From Candidatus Latescibacterota bacterium (GTDB lineage Bacteria > Latescibacterota > UBA2968 > UBA8231): a stretch of 64,000 nucleotides of DNA. Location: the NCBI GenBank assembly GCA_965197905.1, contig CBDAOB010000005.1, positions 1,536,001 to 1,600,000 on the forward strand. Reading direction: 5' to 3'. Position 1 is the stretch's first letter. Each line of letters opens with the position of its first letter. The notes beneath the pieces were generated by a model, which saw nothing but the letters and a program-made list of their open reading frames with translations, was not told the DNA's origin and searched no databases. The position numbers and the translations under genes were made by a program. This document shows, in pieces, positions 30,069-39,436 of this stretch.

Positions 30069-30483
30069 CGCACACCCTTCCCAGCCAGAACGAGTAGAGC
30101 CTGGCCAGGTGGAGGTCGAATATGATACGCACGGGCTTTTCGAATGCGAGACCGTGGCCCTGCGAGTCCCACTTGATCTTCGCCCTCGTGCTGTCGCCGC
30201 TCAGCGGCTGGCCGATGACGGTAAACCCTCCCGGGAAGCGCTTCAGAGTCTCACCGTCACGATCTCGGGATAGACGGCGCCCCACTTCGCCTCGTAGTTC
30301 AGGTAAACGTCCTCGCCGTTCAGCATAAACGGCTTTGTCGTAATCGTGCCTGCCTCCTCCGCGTCCAGTGACACGAATCCGTCGATCCTCAGCTTCGCCA
30401 GCGACAGAGCCCCACCGTCGTCGAGAATCTCCGGATCCACGTTCAGCCTGAAGAGCTCCCGGTTCCTGTTGAATACTTCGAAG
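30052..30483 (-). pseudogene. C-terminal fragment of a glycosidase/beta-propeller-associated protein
   Basis: LAKLRIDGFVSLDA...TTKPF...GDS...LYSFW; frameshift near 30260; truncated at the IS91 end. Confidence 0.55.
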
Positions 30484-30900
30484 TATAGGATAAATAACAC
30501 CGGTTATCGATAGTCGCGTCGAGGGTCCGTTCCGTGGGGATTTTCGGGGTGACTCGAAGTATATGGGTGGCAGGCTGAGGGAAACGGGCCCGAAGCGCTA
30601 GCGGATCTATTTAGGGCGCCTTGAACGCCGCTTTTATGGCGGCGCTTGAATTGGGTAGACACACTGCGCCCGCGGAAGGATCAGGCGTAGTCGAATTCAG
30701 TCTGCGGTTGGGGTCGCGCGGATGCGATGGGCGGCGCCCGCGCCGGCAAGCCCATCCCTTGTAGACAGCGGCGGATCGAACTGGGGTCGGTGAGGGCGGC
30801 GATGATCTTCATACGACCACCACAGTCCGGACAGCGCGTCACATCGATGCGAAAAACCCGTGCCAGTAGTGTGGCCCAGGAGCGGCGATAGGTGGGCGTC
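30484..30900 (-). mobile_element. IS91/ISCR-family remnant: transposase C-terminus plus oriIS end
   Basis: Minus strand 30681-~30900 encodes SWATLLARVFRIDVTRCPDCGGRMKIIAALTDP...GLPARAPP; minus-strand end TTTATCCTATA|CTTC resembles oriIS. Confidence 0.7.
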
Positions 30901-31161
30901 TGACCCTGCCCGGAATGTCTGCCGCTACAGGTCGCCTCGTCGGCTGCGGCTTGCGTGCTTCCCGATGCTCCAGCATCTCGATTCCGTCGTCAATGCAAGT
31001 GCCGAGCTATCGGATGGCGCTTCGAGGCTGTTGGGAATGCGCAGAAACGAGCCGAACGATTGGAGCGACTCGATCGACCTGCAGATCCACAAGAATCGTG
31101 AACACCTATTTGCTTGACCATGCATCCGCCCTTTATGATTCCTATACTCTGGATCCACGGG

Positions 31162-32766
31162 CTATCCTCCACACTCCAGCACCAGAACCCAATCGCGCCA
31201 CAGCGAGGGACGCTGCACCGCGAACTCCCCATTCGCAACCGCCTCGATCTGGCCCAGGTCGACTTCGGTGCCCGACTTCGGATCGAAGAAATAACAGCGG
31301 TGTTTGACGCCGGTCTCCAGATGCCGCAGTCGCACATCGCCACTCCGTGGAAACGGTATGTAGACGAGACGGACCATGCCAGGTATGCCTCCGGCGTACG
31401 GCTCGAGACGATTCTCCCGGGTGTGGTGCGGCTCGACCCATTCCGGATGCGGTTCGAATTCCCACCAGTGGTAGCGCTCCAGCAGGCTTTTGCCCAGAGC
31501 CACCTGCCCTGAGCCGGGCAACAGGTAGGCATCGTCCCAGGGCAGCTCACCCCAGTCGTTGCCGTGAGGAGACGGACCGAACGGCTTGCCCCGACGGTTG
31601 ATCTGCCAGATGCCGTTGGCCCCATAAGTGAAGCCCATGGCGCCTGACAGCATGGAGCTCCAGAAGAAGAAACGCTGAAACTCCTCGCGGTTGGATTCGA
31701 GAATCCCCTCGTAGCCGACCTCGCCGATGAGCACTGGCATCTTTGGCTCCAGCTCCAGAGAATCGGTGAGCCAGTCGATGGTGCTCGCCCGCCCATCAAT
31801 GTGGCCCGTTTGCAGCATGTCGATATCCAGAACCGACGGATCGTCCACCTGGTCGTGTCCCAGACGGGTGGGATGGATGGTGACCAGGCGGCCGTAGCCG
31901 TCGACGGAGCGGATGTAGCGGGCCATGGCGGACCATGCTGCCCGTACTTTGTTCTGGTATCCGTCGCTCAGGGTCGTCTCGTTCCGTTCCGTGTAGAACG
32001 GCATCAAACCCTCGCCCGCGGTGCACCATACAACCGGATACGCCCCCCAACGAGCGATCAGATAACGCCAGTGTTTCTTGAGGACCTCGGCGCCGGCGAA
32101 TTTCAGGAAATAACCCCAGAACCCGACGATGCACGGCATCAGGCCGGATTGCACCAGATAACCGATGCGTAGATCCGCCATGTCAAAGTACTCCGGGTTG
32201 ATGCGGCCGTACTCGGGCGTCCAGGGGAAACCCGCTTCGTTTGCGCCACGCTCGTCGAAGGGCGGCATGTCCGGATAGAGGCCGGCCACTACCTGGATCA
32301 CGCTGAACCCCTTCTGCAGACGATCCGCCACTATGGTGCGCAGGTCCTCCGGCCACTTCCAGCGTTTGCACAGCGCCATCCACCAGGTGTCGCCGAGCCA
32401 GAAGAACGGGGTGCCATCGATGTGCTCCAGGTGCCGGCGGTCGGCATGGACCCGCAGTGGGCCATGGCTATACAGGGGATTATCGCCGTCGTATGGAGCC
32501 ACCTCGATCTCCCCTTCGCGGCCGTGAAGATCGGCGTTGTCGGCGTCCGAACAGACGGTGCGGAAGTTGTGGCGCCCGGGAACTGGGGAAGCGTAGCGCA
32601 CGCCCCAGTTTTGCTCGCCGGCCCAGAAGGCGGGCACCTTTCGTTTGACACCCACGGGGTCGGTGAACACCACATCCATTTCCAGATCGTGGAAGGGATC
32701 CTCGTACACCTTCGTGGATGCGTACGACCATTCGATGACGGAATTCTGGACGGCGTGCAGCATCAT
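31162..32766 (-). CDS. DUF5060/DUF4038 (apiosidase-like) glycoside hydrolase
   Basis: FWAG...W.VR, DGTPFFWLGDTWW, MLQTGH, E..YEG, TYGANGIWQ. Confidence 0.8.
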   Translation of the reverse strand: MMLHAVQNSVIEWSYASTKVYEDPFHDLEMDVVFTDPVGVKRKVPAFWAGEQNWGVRYASPVPGRHNFRTVCSDADNADLHGREGEIEVAPYDGDNPLYSHGPLRVHADRRHLEHIDGTPFFWLGDTWWMALCKRWKWPEDLRTIVADRLQKGFSVIQVVAGLYPDMPPFDERGANEAGFPWTPEYGRINPEYFDMADLRIGYLVQSGLMPCIVGFWGYFLKFAGAEVLKKHWRYLIARWGAYPVVWCTAGEGLMPFYTERNETTLSDGYQNKVRAAWSAMARYIRSVDGYGRLVTIHPTRLGHDQVDDPSVLDIDMLQTGHIDGRASTIDWLTDSLELEPKMPVLIGEVGYEGILESNREEFQRFFFWSSMLSGAMGFTYGANGIWQINRRGKPFGPSPHGNDWGELPWDDAYLLPGSGQVALGKSLLERYHWWEFEPHPEWVEPHHTRENRLEPYAGGIPGMVRLVYIPFPRSGDVRLRHLETGVKHRCYFFDPKSGTEVDLGQIEAVANGEFAVQRPSLWRDWVLVLECGG

Positions 32767-33094
32767 GCTGTTCCTTTGCGAAGCGTTGACGACATAGGGG
32801 GGAGAGGCGTGTCGATGACGAATTCGCCCAGAAGGCTTTGGTGGACCGAAAAAAGTGCTACAATAAAACACCTGATATTCTTCACCGCCAACGGACCTTG
32901 CCCGGGGCATCTGATGCGACGAGCCGACACTACATCGAGGAGGGATTCGCCATCTACTATCTGGAAGATATCGTCAAGCGCTATAATCACGCGCTTAACG
33001 GATTGGACCTGGAAGGCATTGGCGCAAAGTACATTGCCGAGCACCCACGTTTCTGAGCACGCGCTCGGCTATGGAAACCTCTAATGATGGTTGG

Positions 33095-34381
33095 CTACGA
33101 ACCAGTCGCCTTGCGCTTTCCGATCTCGACCAACGTAAAATCGGCCATATCGATCCCCAACTGATCGTTTATCTCGACAGCCTGCTTCCTCAGTTCGTGA
33201 ACGAGTCCTTCGATCACCTCGGTCTGAGGCGGTGTATTTCGGAATCTGTTGTGTGTATCCTCGCGCGGTGTCCTGTAGATGTTGAGCTCTTCCTCCGGAT
33301 CATTCACCAGGTCGTAGAGTTCGTTCAAAGCCGTGTAGCCCTGGAGAAACCTTACGGAACGCGTTAGAATCAGCTTCCACTCGTTCGTTCGTATCGATCG
33401 CTGTTCGATAAAGGGACCGCGAATCACATTCTCCGTGTAATGCGAGTCTCGCCACGGAACAGACTCCTCTCCGAGCAGCGGCACGATGCTGGTACCGTGC
33501 AGATAGCCGGGAATGTCCAGACCCGCCCACTCGAGAATCGTCGGCATCAGATCCTGAAGACCAACGAATTCCTCAACAACTTGACCTGCAGTGATCGTTC
33601 CAGGCCAGCTGATCACCATCGGTACCTTGATCGAATCGTCGTGGCACGTAAACTTGTGGTCGCTCCCCCGGTAGCTGAAGTGATCGCCGTGATCCGAGTA
33701 GTAGACGATGATCGTATCCTCGGTCAGGCCAGCTTCTTCAATCGCCGCCACCAATCGACCCACGTTGTCGTCGATCGCGCTGACTGCCGCGTAGTATCCG
33801 GCATACGGAACACCCTGACCACGATACGGTTCGTAGAATCGCTCAGGCGCGGTATACGGATCGTGAGGAGGATAGTATCCGTTCACCGCAAAGAACGGCT
33901 TGTCGCCATCTGTCTGCGCCTTGATAAACGCGATCATCTGATCCGTCTGCTGATCGGGCTTGTAGACACCATCGCGAACATCATCCACCCAGTGACCGCC
34001 CGAGCTGTTGAAACCGCTCCACACATCAAACATCCCCGGGTCGGTCTCGCCGAGGTGCCACTTCCCGAAGTACGCCGTCGTATATCCACTCTCCCTCAGA
34101 GGCTCGAACACGGTCCGCTGCTCGTGCGAGGTCTCCTTCAGAACGTTGTCCATCTTGTACGCATTGTAGATCACCTGGTGCTGGTGGGGGTAAACCCCGG
34201 TCCACATCGTTGCCCGTGCAGGCGTACAGACCGGCCAAGGCGTATAACTGTTCGCGCAGTTCGCCCCTCCTTCGGCCAGCCTGTCCACGTTGGGCGTCGA
34301 CACAAATCGATTCCCGTTGCACCCCAGACTGTCCCACCTCTGCTGGTCCGTCATCAGAAGAATAATGTTCGGCTTTATCAC
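33095..34381 (-). CDS. Formylglycine-dependent sulfatase
   Basis: KPNIILLMTDQQR, CTPARATMWTG, GKWHLG, SDHG, ELYDL..DP.E. Confidence 0.93.
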   Translation of the reverse strand: MIKPNIILLMTDQQRWDSLGCNGNRFVSTPNVDRLAEGGANCANSYTPWPVCTPARATMWTGVYPHQHQVIYNAYKMDNVLKETSHEQRTVFEPLRESGYTTAYFGKWHLGETDPGMFDVWSGFNSSGGHWVDDVRDGVYKPDQQTDQMIAFIKAQTDGDKPFFAVNGYYPPHDPYTAPERFYEPYRGQGVPYAGYYAAVSAIDDNVGRLVAAIEEAGLTEDTIIVYYSDHGDHFSYRGSDHKFTCHDDSIKVPMVISWPGTITAGQVVEEFVGLQDLMPTILEWAGLDIPGYLHGTSIVPLLGEESVPWRDSHYTENVIRGPFIEQRSIRTNEWKLILTRSVRFLQGYTALNELYDLVNDPEEELNIYRTPREDTHNRFRNTPPQTEVIEGLVHELRKQAVEINDQLGIDMADFTLVEIGKRKATGS

Positions 34382-34409
34382 ACTCCCTTCGCATTCATCA
34401 CTTAGCTAG

Positions 34410-34470
34410 ACCCTCTCCCGCGAGCGGGAGAGGGTGGTTTGACAGCCGGACCGTCAAACCGGGTGAGGGC
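34410..34470. repeat. REP-like palindromic element
   Basis: CCCTCTCCCGC-GA-GCGGGAGAGGG, then GGTTTGAC...GTCAAACC, then GGGTGAGGG. Confidence 0.55.
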
Positions 34471-34556
34471 CGGACACCCGTCTTACCCTCACGTCCTACG
34501 CATCTAACGGCAATCGCCTATCCGTATACGCATCGATTCTCTCTGTGCGGGGGAAT

Positions 34557-34694
34557 CTACCATCCGTGCACCCAATGCCCACCGTCGGGAAAGAACGTCA
34601 GATCGATAATGCTATCCGCCCCCACTCCGAAAAGATACCCCGTCACCATCCCAAACGCGAAAGGCATCGCTTTCCGATATCCCAGAACGCCCCA
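34557..34694 (-). pseudogene. C-terminal fragment of a membrane protein (DUF6784/6785-like, tentative)
   Basis: GVLGYRKAMPFAFGMVTGYLFGVGADSIIDLTFFPDGGHWVHGW*. Confidence 0.4.
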
Positions 34695-34770
34695 TTACTA
34701 CGGAAGGCAGCTGAGAACTACGTGAAGGCGCAGTGCCGGGGAACCCGCACAAAGGAACAGGAGAGCTAAA

Positions 34771-35840
34771 ATGGCTCGGGGAACCATCCGAACCCGCACA
34801 CGCGCAAGCACGCTGAACAGGTGCTTGCAGAGCGGCTCGCGCAGATTAGCCGGGGAGAGTTTATTGAGCCGTCCAAGATGCTTTTTCGGGAGTTCAAAGA
34901 CAAATGGCTCAAAAACTACGCGATAGGCCAAGTCAAGCCTGGGACTGTGGCAGACTACACGGGATATTTCAAAAACCATCTGCTGCCGGGCTTTGGAGAT
35001 AAACCGCTTTCCCGTATCTCCGTGGAGGACGTGCAGGCGTTCAAAGCCGCCAAACTGGCGGATGGCTACAAACCGCAAACGGTGAAGCATCTGTTGCGTT
35101 TGCTGCGGCCGATGCTCTCCCACGCGGTTGATTGGGATTATATCCGGGGGAACCCCGCTGGGAAGGTGGCAGATCCAAGAATACCGAAGGGCGAGATGGA
35201 TTTTCTGGCACCCGAGGAGGTGCGGGTTTTCCTATCGGCGGTGCCCGCGACCTGGTACGCCTTTTTTCTGATTGCGATCACCACGGGCCTGAGAGCTGGG
35301 GAGCTCCTGGCGATGCGCTGGGGGAACTTGGACTGGAACCGTAGCCGCTACTTCGTCAAGGAAACGCTCTCTCACCCCCGCTATGATTACGCTGGCGGAT
35401 TCACGGAACCCAAGACGGAAGGCTCCGCGCAATCGGTGGATCTGACACCCTTGTGCCTGGAAGCCTTGCGAGAGCACCGCAAGCAACAGGCGGAGGTGAA
35501 ACTGGCGATGGGCGCCCAATACCAAGACACGGACTTGATTTTCGCAACAAAGAAGGGGGCGCCCCTGGAGCAAAAGAATGTCATCCACCGACAATTCCAT
35601 GCCGCTCTAAGTGACGCCGGGCTGCGGCGTATCCGATTCCACGACTTGCGCCACACGACGGCATCGTTACTCATCAACCAGGGGGTCTCTCCGAAATACA
35701 TACAGCGTCAATTGAGGCACGCTTCGATCGATACTACCTTTGATCGCTACGGGCACTTGTTTCCCGAGACAAACCAAGAGGCCACTGAAAAATTGGACGC
35801 GCTGTTAATAGGGGATCGGGTAAAACGGAAGGCAGTTTGA
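34771..35840 (+). CDS. Phage/ICE-type tyrosine integrase with disrupted N-terminus
   Basis: TGLRAGE, PKT, FHDLRHT, LRH, RYGH; the RBS-preceded ATG at 34771 (MARGTIRTRT) is out of frame with the 34821 ORF. Confidence 0.85.
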
Positions 35841-35908
35841 GCGTCGCCGGATTTTCCCTAATGCCCTCTGGGAAATCAGGGGGCCATTTTTTCGTTCCAA
35901 GGACCGTT

Positions 35909-36847
35909 TTGTCGGATCGATTCCTAATCGCGATCACTGGGCCAACGTCATCGGCCAAGACCGCCGTCGGAATCGGGGTGGCGAGAGCCCTCGGCGGCGA
36001 GGTGCTGTCTGTAGACTCGCGTCAGATCTTTCGTCACATGGATATCGGGACGGCGAAACCGACGCCCGCCGAACAGTCTCGCGTTCCCCACCATTTCATC
36101 GATGTGCGTCAGCCAGATGAGGAATTTAACGCCGGCGCATTTGGTCGGGCGGCGCGGGCCTGCATCGAACAGCTCACCTCCCGGGGGATTGTGCCCGTTC
36201 TGGTAGGTGGCTCAGGTCTCTACATGCGGGCGATTCTCGACGGTTTCTTCGACGAGCCTCGAGAATCGCGGCTGCTGCGCTCGGATTTACAAAGGCGTCT
36301 GAGGTTGGAGGGGTTACCCGCGCTCCGCTCCGAGCTTGAGAAAGTCGATCCACAAGCGTACGAGCGGGTCTCGCCGAAAGACGCACAGCGGACTCTGCGC
36401 GCGTTGGAGGTCGGCTTGATCGCCGGGAAGAGTTTGACCCACTTGCAACATGGTTCAACAGGTCACGCGTTGGGGATCACGCCCATGCTGTTCGGCATCG
36501 GTATGGATAGAAACCGTTTGTACGCGAGGATCGATCAACGCGTCGATGACATGATGAAAAGAGGCCTTCGCGAAGAGGTAGCCGGCCTATTGAACAGGGG
36601 ATATGATCGAGAAACAAGGTCGATGGGTAGCATGGGATATCGGGAGGTCTTGGACGCCATCGAAGGTCGGTACTCGTTGGATGCTGCAGTAGAACTGGTG
36701 AAGCGCCGATCTAGACAGTACGCCAAGCGTCAGCTGACCTGGTTCCGCAAAGACAGGCGAATCCGCTGGCTCGATTTGAGCACGTGGAAAATCGAAGGGC
36801 TTGTAGCCCGCATTGTAGGCCAATATTCCTTCCAAAGAGCGGCTTGA
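35909..36847 (+). CDS. miaA: tRNA dimethylallyltransferase
   Basis: GPTSSAKT, DSRQIF..MDIGTAKP, GGSGLY, RALEV, YAKRQLTWF. Confidence 0.95.
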   Translation: MSDRFLIAITGPTSSAKTAVGIGVARALGGEVLSVDSRQIFRHMDIGTAKPTPAEQSRVPHHFIDVRQPDEEFNAGAFGRAARACIEQLTSRGIVPVLVGGSGLYMRAILDGFFDEPRESRLLRSDLQRRLRLEGLPALRSELEKVDPQAYERVSPKDAQRTLRALEVGLIAGKSLTHLQHGSTGHALGITPMLFGIGMDRNRLYARIDQRVDDMMKRGLREEVAGLLNRGYDRETRSMGSMGYREVLDAIEGRYSLDAAVELVKRRSRQYAKRQLTWFRKDRRIRWLDLSTWKIEGLVARIVGQYSFQRAA

Positions 36848-36878
36848 CTGCGGGTATCTAGGGAGGTCGCTTTTGCTG

Positions 36879-36907
36879 TTGACAGTTGAAGATAGCGCGA
36901 TTAATTT
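36879..36907 (+). promoter_or_regulatory. sigma70-like promoter of tRNA-Gly
   Basis: TTGACA-17 bp-TAATTT. Confidence 0.55.
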
Positions 36908-36965
36908 AATGAAAATGTTAAGTAATGTTTTGGTCTCCTAGGAGATCCAAATCATGCTTCGCGGA

Positions 36966-37040
36966 GCGGGAGTAGTTCAGGGGTAGAACGCAAGCTTCCC
37001 AAGCTTGATGTCGCGGGTTCGACTCCCGTCTCCCGCTCCA
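36966..37040 (+). tRNA. tRNA-Gly(CCC)
   Basis: Anticodon arm CAAGC-TTCCCAA-GCTTG; GTTCGACTC; CCA end. Confidence 0.93.
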
Positions 37041-37063
37041 ATTCATACCCGATGCGGTTCCCG

Positions 37064-38206
37064 ATGAGATATCTAAGATGGATAGGCCTGGCGGCACTTC
37101 CGCTGGTCGCCTGTGGACCAAAGTCGATCCCTTCCCAATCGCCGCTCGATTCTCCTGAAAATCACTACGAACGCGGCTTACGCCTGATGGAACGGGAGGA
37201 TACCTTCGGTGCCCAACGCGAGTTCGAGCGAGCGAGGTCCCTAGACGACGATTTTCCTGGCGCCTATGTTGGCATGGCGTTGGTGGCTATGGAACACAAG
37301 GACTTCTGGCGCGCACGGAAGGACGTGGAACAGGCACTACACAAAGAGAACCGTTTCGCGGATGCCTACCTCGCTCTCGGCAGAGTAGCCGTGGCCGAAG
37401 GGATCGACCGTGGAGAGAAGGCTGGAGCGTGGCTGAAGGAAGCCCTGGCTGCCTTCGAGCGGGCGCGCAAGATCGAACCCGAAAATACGGAGGTGCCCCT
37501 TCGGCAAGGTCAAGCACATCTGGCCGCTCTTGATATGCCGGGTGCACGGCGCGCCTTTTCACAGATTCTCGAACTCAACCGCGGACCCTACGTCGAAGCG
37601 GCTATGCAGGAGATCGAGAGGATACAGATGATCGAGCGGGCCGCGCCCGGCACGAAGTTGGGTCTCAAGATCAGCACCGTGCGAACCCTCACTCGGGCGG
37701 AATTGGCCGTGCTCCTGCTAGAGGAACTAAAGCTCGAAACCCTGGTTCAGCGCCGACGCGCGGCCAAAGGCTTGCCCGGGTTTGAGCCGCCCGGTTCCGG
37801 CGGTACTGATAATCCGGTTGCTACCGATCTCGCCAGTTCTTGGGCAAAACCGTGGGTCACCGAGGTTCTACATCTTGCCATACCCGGTCTCGAGCTATTC
37901 CCAGACGGAACCTTCCAGCCCGATCAACCCATCAGTCGCTCCAGTTACGCGATGGTTAATCAGGGCATATTGGTCCTGGTTACCGGCGCCGATGAATTGA
38001 GCACCAAATTCGTCGGGGAAACCTCTCGCTTCCCCGATGTTCGAGGTGACAACTTCGCCTACAATGCGATTGCCTTGAGCACCTCTCGGGGCATCATGTC
38101 AGCCGACAAGATTTCCGGTCATTTCAGACCGAACGACACGGTATCGGGTGCGGAGGCGATGGTGATCATACGCGAACTGCAAAATGCTCTGCGCATGGAG
38201 TTCTAG
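37064..38206 (+). CDS. TPR plus S-layer homology (SLH) domain lipoprotein
   Basis: Lipobox LVAC; TPR repeats; LTRAELA, FPDGTFQPDQPISR, FRPNDTVSGAEA. Confidence 0.8.
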   Translation: MRYLRWIGLAALPLVACGPKSIPSQSPLDSPENHYERGLRLMEREDTFGAQREFERARSLDDDFPGAYVGMALVAMEHKDFWRARKDVEQALHKENRFADAYLALGRVAVAEGIDRGEKAGAWLKEALAAFERARKIEPENTEVPLRQGQAHLAALDMPGARRAFSQILELNRGPYVEAAMQEIERIQMIERAAPGTKLGLKISTVRTLTRAELAVLLLEELKLETLVQRRRAAKGLPGFEPPGSGGTDNPVATDLASSWAKPWVTEVLHLAIPGLELFPDGTFQPDQPISRSSYAMVNQGILVLVTGADELSTKFVGETSRFPDVRGDNFAYNAIALSTSRGIMSADKISGHFRPNDTVSGAEAMVIIRELQNALRMEF

Positions 38207-39423
38207 TGTCCTGTCGCAGAAATCCGTCAACATTGTGCCACTGGGTGACGTTCCGCCTGAAAGCGTGCTTTGTTTTGGCGGTCGTAGTCTCGACCCTTCC
38301 GCTCGCCCCGGCGGAAGCAGAAGGTGCCGTCACCAAGTTTGTCCGTGCCAAAGGATTGGCGGCAATCATCGAAGGGGACGAAGCGGCGGCCTTTCAGCGA
38401 GCCAAAGCAGCGGCGTTGAGGGAAGCTGTGGAAGAGGCCGTGGGGACCTTGATTACGGGCGAAACCAGGGTTCGTAATTTTGCGGTTATCGAAGATCATA
38501 TTCTCACCAGTACGAGCGGATTTGTTTCTGATTTCGTCATCGTCGAGCAGGGTCCTCAAGGCGACAGCACCTACCTCGTGGTCGTCGACGCCTCCGTGAG
38601 TCTGACAGCACTGAGCGCCAGTATCCTGGGGTCGAAGCTACTGTTGGAGGCCATCGACCATCCCAGAGTAGTCTGCATCGCTCGCATGCGCACCGCATCA
38701 GAGGACGGATCCCGAAGTGAGGACTGGGGCCAAGCGACGGCGGCCCTCCAGGAGGCTCTCGAGATCGAGCAGAAATCCATCGATCTGTTGAAACCACAGC
38801 TTGAGGCGGCCGAGTACCGAGAGGTCCTGGATGATCCCGCGGTTGGGGCGGCGTGGGGACGTAAGGAGGGGGCTGACATCATCGTCATCGCGCAAATAGC
38901 GCTGCAAGGCCAGAAGAATCTGCCGATCCCATTCGCCGACAGCAATCTCGGCGAACTGTCGATTCACTCTGTTGTCACCAACGCCCGGATCGAGGCATTT
39001 TGGTGCGATTCCCGCGAGATCGTCAGCAGCATCTCGATATCAAAGCGGGCTGCGGGCAGCAGCTTCGAAGCTGCCGCTAAAATCGCCACGGATGCTACGC
39101 TTGGCGCGTTGGCCGAACGCCTTGTCAAGGAGATGATGGAGAATTGGCGTGAGAAGGTGTATTCGGGGCGCACGATCTCCCTTACCGTGCGTGGAACTCG
39201 ACCCCAGGCGGATTATTTCGAGCGCGAATTTCCGTTGCGGGTCGCCGGCATCGAGAAGCTGTATCCACGAAGCTTCGAAGCTGATCTTGCCATCTACGAT
39301 GCGCGGTCCAAGACGCCCGCTTTCCATGTGGCACGAGAGTTGAGTGCAAAGGGTCTAGGGGACCTCGACGTAGAGATCGTCCAGGTTACTCCCAACACGA
39401 TGCAGCTGGTGCTTTCAAATTGA
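38206..39423 (+). CDS. Secreted protein with FlgT N-terminal-like domain (start uncertain)
   Basis: V.AKG.A.I...A...A...ALREAVEEAVG..I...T.V.NF. Confidence 0.6.
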   Translation: MSCRRNPSTLCHWVTFRLKACFVLAVVVSTLPLAPAEAEGAVTKFVRAKGLAAIIEGDEAAAFQRAKAAALREAVEEAVGTLITGETRVRNFAVIEDHILTSTSGFVSDFVIVEQGPQGDSTYLVVVDASVSLTALSASILGSKLLLEAIDHPRVVCIARMRTASEDGSRSEDWGQATAALQEALEIEQKSIDLLKPQLEAAEYREVLDDPAVGAAWGRKEGADIIVIAQIALQGQKNLPIPFADSNLGELSIHSVVTNARIEAFWCDSREIVSSISISKRAAGSSFEAAAKIATDATLGALAERLVKEMMENWREKVYSGRTISLTVRGTRPQADYFEREFPLRVAGIEKLYPRSFEADLAIYDARSKTPAFHVARELSAKGLGDLDVEIVQVTPNTMQLVLSN

Positions 39424-39436
39424 ATCGGCGTCTACA

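Larger units (their letters stand above)
27033..35890. mobile_element. Decayed genomic island between tRNA-Pro(CGG) and miaA
   Basis: Gene fragments, IS91 remnant, catabolic cargo and a terminal integrase flanked by core genes; no attR copy found. Confidence 0.6.

Noticed and set aside
32838..33056. 72-aa ORF possibly a recombinase tail
   Set aside because: No clear catalytic motif; left as an unassigned fragment.
27010..35909. attR duplication of the tRNA-Pro 3' end
   Set aside because: No copy of CCACCCCGACCA was found near the integrase or miaA by eye.
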